Shown here: piece by piece, positions 12,672 through 25,664 of the stretch
How the letters are laid out: every line of letters starts with the position of its first letter
Position numbering within the stretch: position 1 is the first letter of the stretch
Origin: Takakia lepidozioides
Taxonomy: Eukaryota; Plantae; Bryophyta
Assembly (NCBI GenBank): GCA_030704615.1
Contig: CM060734.1
Coordinates: 60,760,001 to 60,824,000, forward strand
Direction of reading: 5' to 3'
DNA length: 64,000 bases
Position numbers and translations under genes: made by a program
The notes under the pieces: generated by a model
The model's database searches: none
The model's input: the letters and a program-made list of their open reading frames with translations, nothing else
Told to the model about the DNA's origin: nothing

Positions 12672-12942
12672 ACCTCAGACCGTGTTTGGATTGGAGGCTC
12701 GTGCAGAAGAAAGATCGATCTACCCAGATCTCAGAAGATTACATTGAAGCATGTGCATGTGGTGGTTGAGTTACTTTTGTATGATCATTGATCATGCTGG
12801 TCACCAGTTCACCATCTACAGCTCCAATAATAACTTGTAGGTCCCCGGACTCCAAATAAGTTCGGATCTTTGAATTGCAAAGCTATATCTTTTGAAGCAA
12901 TCTGGTCGAATGCAAACCGGGTCAGTAAGACATCAGATCATG

Positions 12943-14698
12943 GAGCGTAACTACGACGTGAACCTAGCCGCGTGAGCCCAGGAGCTCGGCTCATGCTTTG
13001 TCCTCTAAGCGTGAGCCTAGGCTCAGGCTTGCTAAGCGCGAGCCCAGGGTTTAGAAGAGAGAGAAGCAAGTCCTATAACCGAGGACAGGGTTTAGAGGGG
13101 GTCCTATTACCGTGGAAGCGTATATTTTGGAAGAAGAGGTGAATATAGCAAAATTTCCAAACACGGCAAACACGGTAATATACGGCAAACACGTCAATAT
13201 TGAGTCCCCTTTAGAAGTACGACGATCGACCCATTTCCCCCAGCCCTACTTCGTCAATCCCAAGCACTCCCACCCCCAAGCACTTCACGCAGCTGGTCCC
13301 ACCCTCCACCAACGCCAAACGCACTCCACCTTGAAGACGAGCCCCAAGCCGCGATCCCACCTGGCTCACTCTCACCAAGCCCCAACCTTCTCTGGTCACT
13401 GTTCTTATAAGTATACTCTTGCAGCAGCCACACCCACTAGTGAGTTGCTTTTCAACCTACCAACAATAGTAAAACTATCTAGAAAATATAACTCTCTAGA
13501 AAGTCAACTAGTGAAGTAGGGAAGATGGCTATACCAACTCTGGCCCGCGAGTAGCGTGTTTAACGGGTTCTGGACCTAGATGGCGGGTCCGGGTCCGGGT
13601 TCATTTTTTAAATGAACCCGGGTCAGGGTCCGAGTTTTTGGTGATGACACGGGTCTGGATCCGGATAGGTAACCCCGACCCTAACCAAGGTTTTTCTTAG
13701 GGATTTTGAAAAGGGGTAGGAGTGGCTATATATATTGGGTGTAGCGTAGTGCAAGTGGCCCACTCTAGGTAATTTTCCTCGAATTGGTGGGCTACATGTA
13801 TTTCCACCGTTACATATTTTGCGAATCAAATGGATGTTGATGAGCAATAAAAGGTGAAGTACAGAAATAGTTAAAAACCATAGGACGACTGTAACTCTTT
13901 CTATTCTATGTAAAAACCATAGGCTAATTGGTGCAAATGAGGTGTATAGTTCTCGCAAGACCGGCGACGAGCATTTCCTTGGGAAATGGAGGAGGCCCCA
14001 CAATCCTGAACCCACTCCTCATCTGGCCCGTCAGATCATCCTGTATGGAGCCCACCATGGCTACATTTGTGCTGCCCCCGTGGGTCCACAGGCAGGACCT
14101 TTTTGAGACCCCCAGTTTTTGGCAAAAACTGCCTTATTTGGACTTTTTTTTTCCCTTTGTTTCATTCGCCAATGGGATTTTCAGGTGGCCAAATGGCGAA
14201 AAATCGCCAATAAAAAAAACGCTGACCCTAACCCGCCGGGTACCCAGGGTGAAAATCCGGATCTGCACAACACTGTCGTCGATGATCATCCTGAAATCAT
14301 GATCATGAAGAAATTGAGTGTGTTGACGCACTCAGTTCTCCGCGGGGGGTGGGAACAAAAATAAAACAAGAAAAAAAAGTTTCCCCCCCCCCCCCCCCCC
14401 CGTCCTTCTCCAACCCGCCGGGTACCTGGGTGAAAATCCGGACCCGGACAACACTGTTGTCGATGTCATCGATGATCATCCTGAAATCATGATCATGAAG
14501 AAATTGAGCAGTTCTCCGTGGGGAGAGGACCCAAAAAAAACAAGAAAAAAAAGTTGGTTTTTTTTTTTTTTTTTTTTTTTTTGCTTCCCCCAACCCGCCG
14601 GGTACCCAAGGTGAAAATCCGGACCCGCACAACACCGTCGATCATGAAGAAATTGAGTGCGTTGACGCACTCAGTTGTCCGCCGAGGGAGGGGGACGG

Positions 14699-14729
<31 letters not shown>

Positions 14730-15127
14730 CTATTATATTATATTTCCCGCCCCCTCCCTTCCGCGGAGGACTGTGTGCGTCAACGCACTCAATTTCTTCA
14801 TGATCATGATTTCACGATAATCATCGACGACATCTATCCAAATGCCGGGAATAAATAAATAATCTTATTTTTATTTATTTATTTTTTGAATTCTCATGTG
14901 CCTGACGGCCCCTTAATTCCCAGCCCTGTTTCCCTCCATGAACATGGCACTTCGCTAAGGGTTAGGGTTAAGGTTTGCCGTGTTTCCGCAGTAATGGGTG
15001 TTCATCCGTGGAAATACGCCCTGCATCTTCCCCCATTCTCATGCCACGTGGACTGGACTTACGTCAGGCTCTTGGGCTCACAGGCTCCTGGGCTCGCGTG
15101 GCTAGGCTCACACTCTAGCATACCCCG
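12943..15127. mobile_element. Mutator-like (MULE) non-autonomous element with internal repeats
   Basis: Direct repeat CAGATCATG at 12934-12942 and 15128-15136 (9-bp TSD). Inverted ends gtgaacctagccgcgtgagcccaggagc and gctcctgggctcgcgtggctaggctcac. Confidence 0.7.
14225..14832. repeat. Three tandem ~180-bp units followed by an inverted copy around a (TA)n loop
   Basis: aacccgccgggtacc..ggtgaaaatccgga occurs at ~14231, 14412 and 14592. A 30-bp perfect inverted arm pairs 14641-14670 with 14775-14804. Confidence 0.8.
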
Positions 15128-15859
15128 CAGATCATGGAGGAAGGACCTTCTGCCACAGCTTAAGCAACAAACTTATTTAGAGGTCATTAGAGAATGATTC
15201 CATGTTCACTGACTTACACGTAGACCGTACTTCTGACGGGTGGGAGAGGAGACTGGAGTTGATCCAGAGTTATAGAAGTTTAAGTCATCAAGCTCCAATT
15301 GTCGCACAAGAAGCAACAACATTGTTCGGGTGATCAAAGGTCGGTGAATGGAATTCAGGTGTTACTATTCTTATATGCAAGAGAGTTCCAATTTGGGGAC
15401 GAGAGTTCTATACAAGAATTTTGGCTTACGGAAATTTCATCCAGCTGTAGGCAAAACCATCTGACACATACTTCAACTTGAGGATGTAGGCCATGACTCA
15501 CGGCTTCTACATACTGTTTTAAGAAATGCATGCATCAGAGTAAACATGGTGCAATGATATTTACACTACTGAGAATGTGCCCTCAGGTAAGTTTTCTCCT
15601 CTCGATCTCCTCCTCCTCGAGATATGAATCTCCCTTATAAATTAGTTTAAAGTTAGAACAAACGCTTCCAACTTTTGTCAAGCTCCACTGGTTACGTTGT
15701 GAAGAGCTCAACATCGGCAAGAAACCCTCGTTGCACACAAGGGTAGGCCCATCATTTGATGGACCCATCCCTCCATTGCGACTCGTGAGATCTACTTTGA
15801 TCCATAACTTATTTTAAAATTCAGAACATTATGCATTTTTATTTTTTTTATTTTATTTG

Positions 15860-16445
15860 AAAGGAACACCTGACAACACCTGGGAGCGACAACTCGCAAA
15901 TCAGGCAGCACTTGTTATGTCAGCAGAGTCTTTAGGACTAGTAAGTTCTCATCCATGGTAATGGTTTTCATCAATTTAGTTGTCGTACAGCCAAGAAGGT
16001 GTTACTTGGGAACGGTAAAACTGGTATGGGCATTCTTGGGTAGGCTCCTCCTAAAAGAAGCCAACAAAAACATTGTAGTAGCATGATATCATCCCACTGA
16101 ATTTTATATTTATTCTTTTAAGTGGGGAAATAACTTACCGAGGACTCGCCAGTGACTTATAGTGAGAGGAGAAAATAACCTCTTTCAAATAAATATAGAC
16201 CCCTCCCGAAGGGGGCGTAAATTATGGTGTCTCTTCACTACAAGGGCTACTGCCTTCTAGCTGAAAGGTGGTAGACACTGGACACCTTCATGACACACAA
16301 GACCGTGGTTTGAACCCACAACCACATCCAACGTGGTATGTGCCCATTATCACTGGGCTACATGCTGGTTGTCAACCTCTTTCACTAACCTCGCCCTGAG
16401 GAAGGAGCACACTGCCCAAGGGAAGGGGGAGGAGACATGAGACGT
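15860..16445 (-). mobile_element. Cluster of SINE fragments
   Basis: cacctgggagcgacaactcgcaaatcagg (SINE 3' tail, reverse complement) and ggtttgaacccaca...gggaaggggga (SINE body, reverse complement). Confidence 0.5.
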
Positions 16446-16718
16446 TGTGGGGTTATGTCGGAATAATAGTAACATCCGGAGAGGGGTTCACGACATGCAA
16501 TCGAAGAAAATACCATCAGCTCCGGGTATTAAGGAATATCTCTACTAAATCTAGGATAGATTCCTCTCGGAATTTGCATCTGGAGATAATCAAACTAGTA
16601 TATTATGGAATTTTTATCCGTCATATGTTATTCAAACGCATTAGGGAATGGGCAAGCCGCTGGCTGCAGGGTAAGCTGCCAGGCGAGCCGGGCTGCGCAC
16701 CCATTTCATATCATTTAA

Positions 16719-16901
16719 GGAGTTTTTGGGGCAGATTATGCGCCACTGAAGCCAATCAGAGGCTGCAGACCTTAATGTTGTTTTTTTTTTTTGGGTCTCC
16801 TTGCAAAGTCAAACTAGCAAGCAGATTATGCGCCCCGCACAAGTATGCATATTCTGCCTTTTAATTTGCCTCTAGAATGGCATAATTTGCCTAAAAAGTC
16901 C
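16719..16901. mobile_element. Tourist/Harbinger-like MITE (~183 bp)
   Basis: Imperfect TIR GGAGTTTTTGGGGCAGATTATGC / GGACTTTTTAGGCAAATTATGC with (T)TAA flanks. Confidence 0.55.
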
Positions 16902-17029
16902 TTAATGTCTGGTATTCAAACATAGTGATAACCTTACCATATGTGTTCAGTCAAGCAAGAGGGTAGTTGAGTACCTTGTTCACCGTCCTCCCTTCTTTGA
17001 ACATATACAACTAGATTTTTTATTTTTTT

Positions 17030-18123
17030 CCGGGGGTGCTTGAAGCGATGCCCTGGGCGTCGCTAGGGTGTCGGTACCAATGTTGGGAGGGTATTTGGTA
17101 CGTAGAAGATATCAATACAGGTATCAATGCGGGTATGTGGACCCGGACCCACAGAGTACATGGTTGGACAATACCAGGTTCATAACCTGCCCGCGTTAAG
17201 TGCTGAGCTGATATTGATGCTGAGATCCGGACCCTCAGATAAGGCTTTGGTGATATTGATATTGATATTTATGAGGGCTAAAAAAAACTAGATTCCCCCC
17301 ATATCAATATCAAGTGGCTCGACATGTCACATTAAATGTCACATTTTAGTTCTGATTCCCCTCGCTTCAGGGATTTAGCACCCCCTTAAAAACATATTAA
17401 ACTGGTAAGTGATACTAATACTTAAAACGCTATCAAACATTGCCCAAACTTACACACTAGAAAAAAATACAAACTACTTAGAGAACTTAGGAATACTAAC
17501 TAACTTTATAATTCTAGCCACCTAAATAAATACATTAGTATTAGTATTAGTTAGTGATTAGATAATATTTGTACATTTGTATAATATTTGTATAAATTTT
17601 ATATGGACAGGGCGCTCTTAAAGAATGATTGAAGATTTTTTTTTAAACCCCGGCCCCGGGTTGATAAGAGTAGGTTATCATCCATGTTTGATTGTTATTG
17701 ATATGTTGTCTAATAATTTTGATAATGGGCTTCATTGTTAACCCCCGGGTATGTAAAATCCTAAAAATCTAATATTGGTCTCCGGCAGGTATGTCCACAA
17801 CCTCCCACCACCAATACCCGGAACCAGCAGGTCTTACAAAAGGTAATAACCTCCCAACACAGGTCGGTACCTCCCAACCGATGTCCGGAAGGTCGCACCA
17901 GGGACCGACCCCCAGTGTGTCGCATATTGTCTGTGACGTTTTAAAAAAAAAAATTACACAGGACGCCTGAGGCGTCGCTTTGTATGACTTGGCCAAAATT
18001 CACGTTTTTGTGGATTTCGGCATTATGTCTGTGACGCCAGAAACATCGCATGGGGGAGCGACACCCAGGGCGGGGACGTCGCACGGGAGAGGTACTACGG
18101 GGGACAGACGTCGCTGAACCCCC
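17030..18123. mobile_element. GCGACG-rich DNA transposon remnant with a nested insertion (~17075-17915)
   Basis: gcgatgccctgggcgtcgct at the left; gacgtcgctgaaccccc|ttaa at the right; same family as 10680-11030. Confidence 0.45.
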
Positions 18124-19879
18124 TTAAACGTAGTAGTGGAATTTTTTTCATTTGCGCGGCATCAAAGATGCGTGCTATTATGGAATGGGATTTTAAAATT
18201 GTTGACACACTTTTGGGACGAGTTCTTCGTTATACTTCTGGCCAATCCAAAAACTGGAAGGTGAATGTTACTCGCTACAGTGTTTAGAATCTCAGGGAAG
18301 CTTGGATTGCCCAGTGTTGGATGTCATTGAAACTTTCGAGAAACTTATAAAGCACGAACCTATTTGGGTTTTTGGTGATAAAGGATTTCATTCTATCTTC
18401 CTCACGCCGTTGGCAAAGTGGACAAGAATTGATCGCGTTTGGTTTTCAAGGGACTTATATGTCGAAATAGTCTGAGTGGGATTATAAAGAAGATGACTAC
18501 TGGTATTTCCGGGCTGGAGAACAAAATTATTATTAACGTCTGGGAGGAGCACAAGAATTACTCGCATGCAAGAAGGTTTCGTACCTTCTCGCACTGGAAT
18601 GGCCATCACCGGACACAGAGATGAAGAAAGTTACAAAAAGTATTATTAATCTAGAGTGGACAAGATGCTTTATGATAGAGCTGTTCACAGAATCATTAGT
18701 GGTGAAAAGCATTGTGGAAAACCTCTTACATTTGTGGAGGCTGTGGAAGATGAGATGCAGAGGTATCATTCGATTCAAGAAGGTGCTGGTCCATCAAATA
18801 AACCATCCCGGGAGATTCTTGCAGATATTCTAGGTAATGCGATAATTGTTCCTTCTACAGACAATAACAATTCGATTGTTACAGTATCTCAGAAGAGGAA
18901 CGAAGAGACTTCTTCGACATGCCTGACAAATTATTCGTTCAAGCTGAGCGAGAGCTTGTTAGGCAGAATGCTCGCATATTATGCCAATTTCCAACGTCAT
19001 CATCGCGTACACATGCGTGGCACAATTCAGCAATGTGCAAAACTGCAACATTATCACGTTGAATGTGACTTCTCATCCTATTGAAGCTGCTAATCTGATG
19101 TGAGTGGTATTTGCGAATAAGGGAGTTGTAGATCCTCAGTAGTAGACAAAGTTTCGCAGAATTCTTGTAGTAGACCAAATTGTTGTCTCGTAGTGTCTCA
19201 CAGTGCAACAAATTGCTGCTTATTTTGTACCAAATTATTGCTTCATTCTTTGCGGCATTTGCATGTTGTACAAGGAATAATTTTCCATGATCTACTTTGA
19301 TCAATTTTCAATGAATTGAGTTCAATACGGAAGTTCTTCGTGCCTATTCTGGAATTCAATTTTTTTGTAAAGATGCTATAAAGAAACAATTGTGTTTAAA
19401 GAAAAGCTCTGGATGTAAAAGATGAATAAACCTAACCATTTCATCAGCACGTAATGTCCTAGCATGACTAGACGAACAATTACGCTCTATAATGAGCAGA
19501 TTTCTACAAAGCTCAACCCCAGTTCTTTAGGTACAATGTCACTTTCTGTTTTCATTCATGGATGTGGATCATATTTCAGAGGTAGGAAATCTTATTACAA
19601 TGCAATATTGAAATGCAATATCACTGTAAGAAACGAAAACATTGAGCGGATGGATTTTGTTGACGTTTTCATTGAGCAAGCAAGAATTTTCGGTTACCAA
19701 GCAAATAATCCCTTTATATCCGTCTTGCACAGAGCTGAAATTTAGACTACGGAGCCTACAACAGAAAGTTTTGGGCAGCCCTTTCTCATTACAAAAAAGT
19801 GTCTCCCTATGGAGTGACTTCCCCGTTCATGGATGAAAAATGATGATTAGACAAAGAATTAGCTCTATTCTTGGGATCT

Positions 19880-20082
19880 TAAACAATGTTTTTCATCTAT
19901 TACAGTATTACAACCCATTTCCAAATAGATCTTGTTATGACACCATATATATATACATATAAATGAAAAAGGACACCATATAAACAATGTTTTTCATCTA
20001 TTACAGTATTACAACCCATTTCCAAATAGATCTTGTTATGACACCATATATATATACATATAAATGAAAAAGGACACCATAT
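19880..20082. repeat. Near-perfect 101-bp tandem duplication
   Basis: taaacaatgtttttcatctattacag...aaggacaccata starts at 19880 and again at 19981; the copies differ in a (TA)n run. Confidence 0.9.
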
Positions 20083-20889
20083 TTGTCTGATCATTCTCCT
20101 TTCACTGCTTATGTTTTATTTTAAGAAAAGTAAATTGTTTGTTAATAGTTTTTCAAGGTAACCCAAGCCATGTCGCCCATGAGCCGATTGAGGGCCCCAA
20201 ACAAGAGGGGACACAATGTGAAGGTTGGGGGGGGGGGCAGCAGCAGCTCCTCAACTGAGCTACTGTTGGTTCCTTTCGATACAATTCCAGGGCCTCCATC
20301 CCCTGTTTACATAAAAAAGATTGATTTTTTCCGACATAAGAAAAAAAACAAAATTGAAAGGGGAGCAAAAACTTTATCTGGGATTATTAGGAGGTAGGGG
20401 GCAGTTTTCCTTTGTGGCCTCGCTGGTGGTTATATTTTCCACCAAACACTTTGTGTTTCATGGACTTTTTATGTCCCCCGCTATAGAGTTTCTGAGGCCA
20501 CCGCGCCTCTTTAAAAAGAAAAAAAATAGGAGGAAAAAATGTAAAACCTCCGAGCAACCCATAAGGTACCGAGCTGAAAGCAGCAAGCTCATGAAACCAT
20601 AATCAAGGGCCGAAGCACCAGATACCATAGACCTGAACAAAGAAACCTGAACTTCCAACTTAATCATAAAAGCAAAATATTTAATGTGGGCTGTGCGGAG
20701 TGGTCTGGCATGTTTGTTGCTGATCCTGTGCATTGGCCTGTGACCTGAGGTTCAATCCCTCGTCTGCGGCTGTGTCCCCTGATATGCCTCATGGCTTATC
20801 AGGGAAGGGATGAAAGGGATGCAGTTCCCCCTCAAGCGCCTGTAGCCATTCCTTCCGAAAATTAGAATGGGTCTAAATTGGTTACCAAC

Positions 20890-21115
20890 AATCAGTAGCT
20901 CAGTTGGTAAAGTGCACTGAGTGCCATCCGGATGACCCTGGGGTCAAATCCTGCTACTTGACGGGTGTGGTACACTCTTCTCCCCCTTCCCTGCGCAGGT
21001 GTCGCATCGGAAAGCCTTCCAGCGAGGTTACTGAGAGGTTATCTCTATCAAGGGGCCTGATTTGTGAGCCGTTGCTCCCAGGTGTTCCCTTTTAAAAAAA
21101 TAAAAAAATAAAACA
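20890..21115 (+). mobile_element. tRNA-derived SINE, near full length
   Basis: A-box gtagctcagttggtaaag, B-box ggggtcaaatcc, conserved body, and A-rich tail. Confidence 0.8.
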
Positions 21116-21594
21116 ATGAAAAAAATTGGTTGTGTCCCTTTAAGCAAAGAAAAGAAAACAGGACTTCAGAGACCCACTTGGAGGACAGGATGACCCTACG
21201 TCGTGGCAGCTGGGTCTGCGAGAATATACATGAATGAGAATGGATGAAGCTTGCTTTATCCATCGACAGGTGTTGCTTTTAATAAGTTCGATCACAGTGT
21301 AGAAGAGAGAAAGAAGAATGCTCAGTGTGCCCGTGTCCTCAACTACACTTGTTCAACTGAACTGAGATCTGCGAGATGTCCTCAGGCAAGTGCTATTTTT
21401 CTTATATACTCAAAGGAACATCTGACCTGCTCCTCAGGAAAGCTTATATCCGATGCGAGAACAATGCTTTGTGAGCTCTGAGATGGATGAGAGCCTCATT
21501 TGAAAACCATTGCCTTCAGTTGGCATGGGGTCTTGACCAGTCCCAAAACTCAATCACCACTGTAGATACGCGGTTCTTCCCTCGTCCAAATTGG

Positions 21595-24500
21595 CTATAT
21601 CTCAAACGCTCGGGCAGTGGTATCGTCAGAGCCTGAAAGAGCAAACCTCCCATCCCTGCAAGCACCCACATTCATCACACCATTCGGCTCTTACAAACTC
21701 CATGGACTATCTGCAGCATTGAGACATTTCCATTGCTGTAGACCAAGCGAGTGAATTACTAACAGCCTGATTTCTTTCTTAAGTGATGTTGAGCTGATAC
21801 AGAGAAACCCCAGCAGGTGGAGGACCCTGCACAAAGTCTCCAGGGAGGTTGTGTTGTGGATGCTCGCCCATGTGGCTTCAGCTTTGTGAAGAGGTTTTGA
21901 AATAAGTTTGACCTGGTTTGGCCATTTTGGCTTAAAATAGTGAGTGAAGAGATCGAGGGAGAGAGAGAGACATACTTTGTGATGGCAAGATCTAAAATGC
22001 AGTCCTCATGGCCTTGAAAGGTGCGCTCGCAGTTCCCTGTGCGGCCATCCCATACTCTCACTTTACCGTCCAAGGAGCCAGTGTAGATGAGTTGAGATGT
22101 GCTGGACCATAGCAGTTTGACAACTCCATCCTGAAAATGTCCATGGCATAATTTTACTTGTCAGCTGCCAACAGCTCCACATTGTGACTGGTCTTCATTT
22201 CAACCTTGAGGTCAGAAATTCCACCTCCGGCTTTGAGTTCACCACTGGGAAAACTAACATCCCCTCTATCCAGCCTTGGCACAAGAAGAAGCTGCCAGCC
22301 ATGAAGAGAACACACTGGATTCGGTACATGCTAACAGGGCCAGTCACAAATGCATTCTCTTCCATTCTGACGTTTTCAGAACTCTTGGTTTGTGACCGGT
22401 TCAAATGAAGGGTTACCTCATGCTCGCAAGTACTCCGGGATGAGAGGGTTTGCAAGTCCCAAATTATGAGCTTTCCATCCATTGCACCTGTGGCTGCCAA
22501 TGGAAGCCTGCAGAAATTATCACACCTTCCATTAAAAGCTTTTGGGATAAGAGTGATTTCAGTTCTTCTTACAGGGTCTTAAAAGGAAATGGATATTGTG
22601 GGATTAGAGGGAGTGTAGATGCAGAGGGGGTAGGGGGAGAGAGATGTCTTGTGCACGCAAATTGAACATTCCTGACTCCTAAATGGCTTTCATACCACCA
22701 ACTGTAACAAAAGCCACTGGTGCGGGGCTCTGGGTATACCCGGATGAGAATCCCACACACTCCAGTGATTTGGTGTGTTCTGTCAAGGAGCCAGCAACCT
22801 GCATGGACAAAACAAAAGCACACAGTATAAAGAGTATCCAACAATTACACCTAGCAGCATTGATAGTCAGCATGAAAAGGGACAACACCAATGAACTCAC
22901 CTTCCCAGTCTGTAAGTTAACAAGGCAGGAATTGGTGTCCGTTGAGCCAGTGATAGCTAGGCTGGAATCACTGTTGATACTAAGGCAAGTCAGCCCCTCT
23001 GTGTGGAATGGGTGCCCTGCAAACCAAATTGCACTGTTTTTAGCAAAATATTCCAGTCGAGGGTCCTCCATCGTGGGTCTGTCAGAGATGTGTCAAGCTC
23101 AAGGAAGAAGACATGCCAAAGAGAAGGAACAACATAGAGATTCCCTGTACGTCTTCATGAAACCTAGTAAACATTGAAATCAGAGGTGGCCATAGATACA
23201 ATGAAAAAGCCACGCTCAATGTAGAGGAGAACTATTGAAGAGGAAGACAAAGGCCAAGAAAAGCAACAACAAGAGGACAACCCCAAGATACAATTCATGG
23301 TACACTAACCTTGGACAACATGAGTACTCTCCCCTGACTTGGGGTTCCATACCCGGAAGCTCCCATCTTCTCCTCCTGTGCATATGGTTTTGCCTGCATT
23401 CCCACACTCTTATACTATCAGATTTGAAGTCCTAATCTGTCAATCGCTTGGAAGCTGTATTTGAAAGGTGTAAAGCACACCACCATCAGTGAATTTCAAC
23501 TAGGAAATCCAGGTTGATCTCAGCTTTTGGCGATATACTGCAAACAAGACCAAAATGCTGGAACTATGCTGGCTGCATCTTGTCTTAAGAAGCTAGCTAA
23601 ATTCTTTGTTGATAAACCTCAGTTGATAGAAAAGAAACCACCTAGTGAAAGACTGATGGAAAACTCATTAAATAAAAGTTCCAATTTTTGGTCTTTGACT
23701 GTCACTGCTGTCTAGTAACATTGCAGGCTGATATAAATGTTTAGGGTGTTCTGCATTTCATGAACATCACATGATAGAAATCTCACCATCAGGAGTGAAA
23801 TTGCCGCAAGTAACAGGACCCCTATGGCCAGAGAACACCGCCATGCATGTAGCAGTGTCAGCATTCCAAAGCCAGGCTGTCAAATCCTCTGATCCGGCGA
23901 GGACCAAATGACCCCTTGGATGCCACTTCACCCACTGCAATTCAAAATTAGTCCCCCAACCCTGTCAGCTTCATGGAGCTTGATCTCAAGCTCATATCGT
24001 GCTTGAAGAGAAATGTTCCCCCAAACGTACTCATATATTTGAACAAAACCACCATAATGTTAGCCAAGTTTGTTTTATTCCTAAGCTTGAAAATGTAATG
24101 GTGTGAAACACACTCTTATCAAATACAAGATTGGAGCAAATGACTACCTCAATAACATCACTAGGTCCCTCCAACTTGTGTTTCAAGTTGCCGGTTGAGC
24201 TCTCCCACACATTCACTACACCATCGAGACCACCTGAAGCTAACAACTGCCCATCTGTGCTAAAAGCCAATGCTGCAATTGAGTCCTTATGCCCTGTAAA
24301 ATGTACAGAAACGTAAAACCCGTGATTGCGACAGTAGATACAAACATGGGTTGCAAGAAGGAGAGTGAAGGGGACTAAATTCTCCATTCACGAGGGGAGG
24401 CCCAATAGCTAGCTGGATCAGCATTTGAAGGTCTCGAACACAACTCACTCATTGTCACAGAGAAGGAGAGATGGGTAAAGTGAGCTATTGATGACAGAAA

Positions 24501-25664
24501 GAAGACATGAGGAAGAGATGAGAGAGAGACGAAAACAAAGTTCTCCAAACAACCACAAACAGAAAGATCTAGTGGAGAGAGAAAGGGAAGTGGGTTTGAA
24601 GGCGCCTGTAGTCACAATGAGAATGTACCCTCTAACTGACGATGGAACTCGCCGTCTCCAATGCGCCAAATGAAAGCGATGTCATCTCCCCCGCCCGTAG
24701 CCACTAGGCTTTCATCAGTAGGGCTACAAGCCACAGAATAAACGGGACCTGGCCGCACCTCCACACATAAAAAGTAAGCCATCATGTTTATCTAAGCCTG
24801 TAGATTTGGATCGGGGTGCTTTGGCTATAGAGATAGATGGGGGAAAGTTGCTCGTGATGCGGGATGTATGTGTAGCGTAGTGATCCAGAATCAAGTGTGA
24901 ATGTTTAGCCTACTGTTCATCAATAACCGATGCACATTTCCCTGTTGCTATAGCTGTACAGTCAACAACACACCCACCTGTGTGGCCTGTGAAGGTGTGC
25001 GAAGAATCATCCACCTGGGGCTGTTCTTCTTCTCCTTCTTCTTCATCCTCATCTTCCATCTCTTCTGTGCAGATTGCCAGTACCGAATTTCAGAGGCAAG
25101 AAGAAACCTTTGTCTATCTATGCAATATAGCCAGGGCCACCCACTTGTCAAGCATAGCCCCAGCAAGAGAGAAAGTTGTGTACCTGTGAAGGTATGCGCA
25201 GAATCCTCCGCCTCTAGATGTTCTTCTTCTTCCATCTCTTCTGTGCAGATTGCCAGTACATGAATTGAGAGGGAGGAAGTAACCTTTAAATTTTGCATGA
25301 AACCAGGTAAAGCCAAGTGCACGGAGAGGAAAGTTTGCAGAAGAGAGGCCAGAAGTAGACTTCATTGAACGACCATAGCCCAGGGGGCCACAAATTTCGG
25401 CATAAAAGATTGGGCACCTGTGAAGGCATGTGAAGATTCATCCACCTCTCGCTGTTCTTCTTCTTCCATCTCGTCTGTGCAGATTGCCACTACAGGGTTT
25501 GAGAGCCAAGAAGTAAATTTTCTTCATCCTTTGCAAGCTTTTGCAGTAAACCCAGGTTAGCCCCCCCGTCATAGCAGGGGAGAGGGATAACATAAAATGT
25601 GGTGCACCTGTGAAGATATGCGAAGACGCATCCACGCTACGCTGTTCTTCTTCTTCCATCTCTT
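21595..25664 (-). CDS. AAMP: WD40-repeat protein of the AAMP/Sqt1 family (uL16/RPL10 chaperone), multi-exon
   Basis: GT-AG exons 25608-25664, 25418-25474, 25184-25240, 24978-25064, 24629-24748, 24148-24293, 23787-23934, 23310-23393, 22901-23016, 22740-22798, 22417-22507, 21976-22130, 21595-21655. They encode DDSSHTFTGHT, VATGGGDDIAFIW, GHKDSIAALAFSTDGQLLASGGLDG, WHPRGHLVLAGSED and SGSDDTTARAFEI*. The start is uncertain; the candidate ATG is at 25659. Confidence 0.88.

Larger units (their letters stand above)
15930..19084 (+). pseudogene. Crypton/DUF3504-type tyrosine recombinase, copy 2 (catalytic motifs recognisable; frameshifts and an in-frame stop)
   Basis: FHLRG (18146-18160), SKNWK (18246-18260), HSIFLTPLAKWTRIDRVWFSRDL (~18389-18457). 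TSGRSTRITRMQEGFVPSRTGMAITGHRDEESYKKY (18536-18643) is followed by TAA at 18647-18649, in frame with ORF 18656..19084. KHSDNLT (~16918) and IHGN (~15948) match copy 1. Confidence 0.7.

Noticed and set aside
20893-20965. tRNA gene
   Set aside because: A/B boxes are present but there is no complete cloverleaf; it continues into a repeated body and A-tail, so it is a SINE head (same for 2822, 4395, 20690, 37160, 37900)
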